64,000 bases of DNA, taken from Psilocybe cubensis. Lineage: Eukaryota. Within the stretch, counting starts at the first letter, position 1, and every line of letters begins with the position of its first letter. The DNA lies in the NCBI GenBank assembly GCA_017499595.2, contig CM038998.1, positions 3,286,001 through 3,350,000 of the forward strand, read 5' to 3'. The notes beneath the pieces were generated by a model. That model ran no database searches. It was given only the letters and a program-made list of their open reading frames with translations, and was not told the origin of the DNA. The translations under genes were made by a program, and so were the position numbers. Of the stretch, positions 54,755 through 64,000 are shown piece after piece.

Positions 54755-55097
54755 CGTAAGCAGGAATTGGATGCAACCAAATTCTGAAGGTTTATAATAT
54801 AAGATTGCGGAAGAGGGCACAGTGGCGTTTCGTGATAAAGATTGTAAGAGATTGCTGAATGGTCGACTTGTATTGACAGGTGAGACTATGCAACTCTCAG
54901 GACATATTAGACCTTAACGAGTGGAAAATTATAGACAAAAAATTAGCTTCATGGCGGGCATTGGCGGCATCATTGAACATCATTGACATCTATTTGGCAA
55001 GTATGATGATGATGGATGTAGCTATAGTCGACCAATGCTAAGTACGCTATTCGGACATAAATTACAATGTAAAAACTGAAATGCAGAGCAAACAATT

Positions 55098-58113
<3,016 letters not shown>

Positions 58114-58271
58114 GGCGAAAGAACACCAAGTGCACACTGAAGAGGTTGAAAGATGAAGTTGTTTGATCCCGCGCCCTCATTGGGTTTGCGGAGGATCTAC
58201 CAAATATGGCGACACATTAGGCTGGCTCTCGGACTCGAACGTCACTGCTCTTTGAGTCCATCACCTCGACG

Positions 58272-58830
58272 ATGGCTACCTCTTTCAAAGACCGCAATCT
58301 TATTGCAGTTATTGGGGATGAGGTATCCACACATTTTGTTTGATAACGCTTTTACCCATACGGATTGAAATAGGACTCCATTACTGGTCTACTCCTAGCT
58401 GGCATTGGCCATGTTAACGAGCAGCAGAAGAAGAATTTCCTTGTTGTTGACAGCAGTGCGTTTCCTTCCTTTGAATCTGTCACTCTCCACTCAAATTTCT
58501 GGTTAGAAACCCAGATTGCCACGATTGAAAGCGCGTTCCAGGAATTCACTGAACGCAATGATATTGCAATTCTACTCATCAACCAACATGTACGGATGCC
58601 AGACATTTCTTGCTCAACTATTTCAAACAAGGAATTTAGATTGCTGAGAAGATCCGACCCAGTGTAGACAAATATCAGCAAGCTTTCCCGGCTTTGCTTG
58701 AGATTCCTTCCAAAGACCACCCATACGGTTTGTTTCCTGTTACCCCATGTTATCATCAAATTGACACCGTACAATAGACCCGTCAAAAGATTCTATATTG
58801 AAGCGCGTGCAGAAACTTTTTGGGGAGTAA
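58272..58830 (+). CDS. VMA7: V-ATPase subunit F
   Basis: [51 protein letters not shown]. Confidence 0.95.
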
Positions 58831-58910
58831 GCACTATAGAACTTGGGTTGTATATAATGCAGTACTTTTCAGTAATTAAATTCATATAAATTTACTATTG
58901 TACAAGAGAA

Positions 58911-60265
58911 TCATGAGGAAACCCATCGCATTACAGGTTCATTTTCTCGGACACCATCCTGACGTTCTATGAAGACCCGTATGGGATTGTAGTCTCTCGA
59001 ATCTGTTCTAAGAATGAGCTTTGGACCGAAGAGACATAGATGAGATTGAAAAGCGTACTGGGGATGTCAACCAAAAGGTATCGGAAGACGAAGTAGCCAT
59101 TGGCATTCTGAATATTTTTTCATTGGGCTTTGTTCCACAGACAATGACTGATTACACAGTACCTTTACAAGATCAGCATGTACTTCTCCTTCTGTATACT
59201 GCCTCCCTGCCGGTCTCGAGTTGGACTGTCCAGTCTCCTTTTTACCTTTGAGTGATGAGAATATTCCTGCGAAACTCCAAGCTGTAATTTCTTCCTTCTT
59301 GCCATTTTCTCGAACTTCTGTGGGAGGAAGAGCTGGCAAAGCGGGCGGTGGAAGGGGTGATCCAGACAGGTATTTGAATGCCCGCACCGACTTCTCCCAA
59401 ACATTTTGGCCAGTCTCTTTTGACCACTCGACAGCGTCGTCCAAAGACAGTTCTGGCAAAGCAGTAGCTGTGTCCTTGAACCAATTTGAGATCGCTTCGA
59501 GGTAAGATTCGTCGGAGGATATGTGTTCTCCTTCCGGACGACCTTGAACATAGAAAGTCATGATCATATGTTCTTGCCCATACTGATCAACCATTACTCG
59601 GGAAGTGACATGTCGATTCCGATGCCGCGGTCGGACAGCAGATGGGGGGTTGTTATGGAAAGTCAAGGGGCCGTTTAGGTATTTTGCAAGCTGAGAGCAA
59701 GCGTCAGCTTAAAACAATGACCACTGAGACCAAGACGAACGCGGGCAGATTTTTCTATCTTTTCGCAGGCATCCCCATATAATACGGTAGGAGAATTCTT
59801 CGAAAACAGTTCGGTTGTTAAAGAGTAAACAAGGAGAACAGAAAGTCCTGCTCCAAGAAGGATGACTCCAAGATTTGACGTACGTGCCGTTGTACGCAAT
59901 ACTAGTAAAAAAGTTAAAAACCAAGGAACAAGTATCCAATTGAGAAGATTCTCAAGCACAAATGAACATCACGGACCTTTCCCTCCTGTGCTTAACTCTG
60001 ACCACTTGGGAATCTTTTCACCTTTTCGGAGAGCTTGCTGCGATAGTCCTAGCTGGAATGGCCCGACAGTGTCATGTTTCGGTTCTGAACGTTGCCGAGT
60101 ATCCAAAGACTCGCCAAGGAGTTTGGATTTCTCTCCAAAGTCCATACTATTGTGGGTAGCATATTTTCGTCTCAAGTTAGTTCCAGCATTGCAGACATAT
60201 GGTGTTCTGTGTATTTGGGTAGAGCATCGAGTCTGTGTCCAGAGACGCAGAGTTTTCAAACTCAT
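58911..60265 (-). CDS. TIM21: Mitochondrial import protein Tim21
   Basis: Presequence-like N-terminus, TM VILLGAGLSVLLVY, ELFSKNSPT, HMIMTFYVQG, GEVHADL. Confidence 0.75.
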
Positions 60266-60606
60266 AACTGCGAGTCGTAGTAGTGGAACTGTGAACTGTG
60301 AAATAAGAAACAGAGCTACTTGAGGTCATCGTGACTTTGATGTCAAAATATGTACAAATAACGCGTCAATTATAACCGTGAAGCTAGGCTGATCTACGAA
60401 CGTTTAAACCTCCTTTAAGAATGTTCAGCACTTATATCTGACGAGGATTAATGTGAAACACCGTGGCTTAGGTCGTGATAAAGCAAGAGTTAGACGAGGT
60501 TATTATTAAATCCATATTCATACGGGTACAGCACTAAAAGTACAACCTCTAAACCAATCATACATAGCAACAAAGATAGAAAATCGACATCAAACACCCC
60601 ACCATA

Positions 60607-61186
60607 TTATGAGCGCTCTCCACGCAGTCTCCTGGCAAGAGCCAAATCTTTTGGTTGAATGGTAACACGTTTAGCGTGGATAGCAGCCAAGTTAGTATCT
60701 TCGAAGAGAGAGACGAGGTAAGCCTCGGCAGCCTCCTGAAGAGCCATAACGGCTGAGGATTGGAAGCGAAGATCAGTCTGGGAAATGAGGTGTGAGGACC
60801 GAAGTGTGAGGTAGACACAAAGAGTGGACACACCTTGAAATCTTGGGCTATTTCACGAACAAGTCGTTGGAAGGGAAGTTTGCGGATGAGGAGCTCGGTA
60901 GACTTTTGGTAACGTCTGATTTCACGGAGAGCGACGGTTCCGGGCCTGAAACGATGGGGCTTCTTGACACCACCTGCCGCGTTCTAGAATAAACTGTAAG
61001 CCAGTGATCATGGGTAGTTGCAACAGAGGGCGTACTGTGGCGGTCTTGCGAGCAGCCGACTTGGAAGCAAGTTGCTTACGGGGAGCCTTGCCTAGAGAGA
61101 TATAAGACATATGCCACCAGTGCATGGGGATGACAGGCCGACTTACCACCAGTGGACTTGCGAGCTGTTTGTTTAGTGCGAGCCAT
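60607..61186 (-). CDS. H3: Histone H3 (three introns, divergent tail)
   Basis: [60 protein letters not shown]...RGERS*. Confidence 0.96.
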
Positions 61187-61515
61187 GTTAGATACTGCTG
61201 GGCTGTCTTGAGGTGGTGAAGTGGTGGTTGGTGGGGAGAATGAAAGGGTCGGAGTCTTAACAGTACATGTCCTTTTATAAACTTTCGAGACGCGACATTG
61301 TTACATACATCCCAATCTGTAAACTGATCAACAAACCTCGAACGCGTCGTGCACGTGATGCGTGGCGCGCGATGGGCCATGTCATAGCCCCTAAGTGTGC
61401 TCAACAATCTGGTGGCCCTACCTGGCCCTTCCGTTTGGGCCACTAATCTTCAATAGTATTCACAGAACAGCTATGGCATATTTATGACTCGCTCGTGGCC
61501 TATACTAATCATCGT

Positions 61516-62695
61516 TTACTTTACCAGAATACTGTTTTTACTCTGCAACTCATTTGCGGCTTCGGAGGCCTCCTTCAACGCGGCCAATCTCCTCTTTTCA
61601 TCCTCCATCATCTTTTGCTGTCTCAGCACCCGGGCAGGGACAATCCTTCTTCTCTCCGTAGTGATTTTAAAGGGGTACCGCTCGACACCAAGGGCTTTTA
61701 GTGTCTTCCTCTCAACAAGGCTGTATTCGGAGGGATCGTCTCTGTTAAAGTTGAACGGCTCCTTGAGAGAGACAGGAGGGTTGGTGATGATTCTCGGAAT
61801 ACGCAAGTAATTCTTGGAAGCAGAATGCAACATAAGGGGGTGCATCAGGACAACATCTCCGATCTCGCCTGTCATTTCAACGAATTGGTTGCATCTTTTG
61901 ATTTCCTTCAGATGCGACCAGTACCCAGGGTGGTCTTGGTGGTTCTCAAACGTGCTAGTGGACGGCGTAAACGACAAACCAGTAGGGAGAACGCCTTCAG
62001 GATGTTCCGCCAGGTAGTTGGCAATGAGGTTGATTCCATCGGGGCAAATCATCGTTCCACCTCCCAGAGGTTTAATATCTGAATAAATTGGAATAACAAG
62101 CAAAGCTTGTTCCGGCGAATCGAGAAAATGGACCTGCATGTGATTTCAGAATGGCCAATAGCTTCCAAGACGGTATGCCTACAAAAAAGTCTCCATCAAC
62201 ATGCCAATTATCTAAATCCTTTGGCGCAATGGTCTCTGTGGCCTTCTCCCATTGTTCTGTACCTAGATTGACAATGAAGGAGTCACCCCAACTGGAAGCT
62301 TCTTCTTCGATTCTCTCTTCACCCCCGAGTAGGTCCTTCATTGCAGCCCATGCCTATAAAAATTATGATTGTTTCAATTAGAATCGTTGTCGTTTGAGGG
62401 AATCTTTTCACCTTTGGAGCGAAGCGAGCGACCTTCTCCCGAGAGTTGAATGGGAGGTGGATACGCTCCTGATTCCAAGTCGATTTATCGTTGGGATCCA
62501 AATTTAGTCGAAACCACAAGTCTTTTGTCCACTCTGCTGCTTGCTCTTTCGTAAACGCATTCTTGATGATGACATATCCAAATTCCAGGAAAAATTCCAC
62601 TTGCTCCGCTGTTATTCTACAGGGTTAAGCCTTTAAATCGCTGTGAGCTTCTTGGTCTACGTACGTGTCAAGTACTCGTAGGACTTGGAATCCAT
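61516..62695 (-). CDS. PhyH-like Fe(II)/2-oxoglutarate dioxygenase-fold protein
   Basis: LTPEQVEFFLEFGYVII, WHVDGD (HxD), GGGTM, GDVVLMHPLMLHSAS. Confidence 0.7.
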
Positions 62696-63068
62696 TTCAA
62701 GATCGAGATATTGGAGGACACAATTCGAATCCCTGTAGTTTCACGCACCGGCCTAATGCATGTCGTCGTCCCCTTTATACATGTATTTCGTACCCACCCC
62801 ACGGTGAAGGAAGGCGGGAGTTCCGATACCCCATGCCAATTACAGATACAGTTTTGGAAAGTGGTATATTTATCAGACAGGGCAGATGACTTGTCAAGCT
62901 GCAAACAAATCTTGAATTTCGACAAATCTGGGTACATGAATGTCAGTTTGTAACTGTGCTAAATGAATACAAGGTTGGCGGGCCGCCCTCCATGGATGAA
63001 CGTATTGGCTCATTTCTTGCTCCATGGGTGTTATAGGTGCATGATAGTCTATTCTCAATATTGCCATT

Positions 63069-64000
63069 CTATCTTTGGAACGATTTCAGGTTCTCAAACA
63101 CGGAGTTTTTCAGCTGGTAACCAACTGTTAATGACTGAAGATGGAATGAGGCATTATAACTCACGGGAGGACTGGGGCCTTCTTTGTCAAAATAGTTTAG
63201 AACAAACTCAGTGGCAACCCAGTCATTTTCAATGGAACCAAGGTCTCGGAAGATTAGTGCTCTTGGTCGGTTAGGGTCTGGTGCAGGAAGATAAATATCC
63301 AGAGGTACATGCTTCGCCAGAGGTGAGTTTGGGAACAGGCCTTTGAGTACCCTCATAGGTGATGACGCGCCCATAGCAGTATCTTCGGTGATGGTACCCT
63401 CCTTTATTCCTCGAGATAGACGTGCTTGTAATGCACGCATGAATGCATCTCTCAGATGGGTGTAAGACGTGCTTCGGGTTGGCACTGTTGTAATTTGACT
63501 ATATTCAGGTTGGATTATCTCAAAGTACCTCAAGGTCACATACCGATTCGGACAACGCAAGCGGTGTTCTGAACAATACATTTGACCTTTTCCTCAGGTT
63601 CAATGTCCAATGGCACCTGGGAGACAGACTAAACTAAAATCCCGTAAAATTCAGCAGCACTTACTTTAAGATGTGGATTATTAAGGTCTGCGTAGAACGC
63701 AATAGAGTAAACTTTGACGCCTAGGAAAGACACGGTCCTGACACCAACTCCTACCAGTGTTAACGGAGGAGTTTTTGTATTGGAAGGGATTCGCATTATC
63801 TTTGGGAAAGCAATTGACGTTGCTGGGTCAACTGTAGGCAGAGAATTCAGAATTTCAAGAAATGGATACAAATTGGTGTGAGATTCCAACCGACTGTATC
63901 TTCTACTGCATCCTTCGAGACCACCACAGGTGGGCTGTCAAGGTGGACTGTATTGGTGTAGGCACCAGCAGCTACAAGTGCACCAGCGATGAATAACGTA
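63069..64000 (-). CDS. Chalcone-isomerase-fold mitochondrial protein (Aim18/Aim46-like); 5' part lies beyond the window
   Basis: DPATSIAFP, LVGVGVRTVSFLGVKVYSIAFY, PTRSTSYTHLRDAF. Confidence 0.75.

Overview
Eukaryotic, intron-rich, gene-dense fungal DNA. Short GT-AG introns, the gene set and the histone H3 tail point to an Agaricomycete basidiomycete (inference). From about 6 kb to the end it is ordinary core genome: UGO1, a Nudix hydrolase, NPL4, a Cys-3/MetR-like bZIP, COX19, a GDPD, RIP1, a TMEM205-like gene, LEA1, SAC1, a NAP chaperone, three tandem chitin deacetylases, SRPK and STE20 kinases, CSN6, an intronless PARG, MCM5, two tRNA-Lys genes, a C2H2 TF, NRAMP, MED6, AP-3 sigma, Ecd/SGT1, VMA7, TIM21, H3, a PhyH-like dioxygenase and an AIM18-like gene. 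The first ~4.7 kb is different. It is visibly AT-richer and carries two intact, co-oriented, spliced genes: a tyrosine recombinase with a full R-K-HxxR-W-Y catalytic set and a GEN1/Yen1-like XPG-family nuclease. Upstream of them are two stem-loops sharing a loop motif and a short tandem repeat. This is the best candidate for an undescribed system, possibly one end of a tyrosine-recombinase mobile element carrying its own Holliday-junction-resolvase-like gene. Gene models were spliced by eye and family calls come from remembered motifs; no database searches were run.
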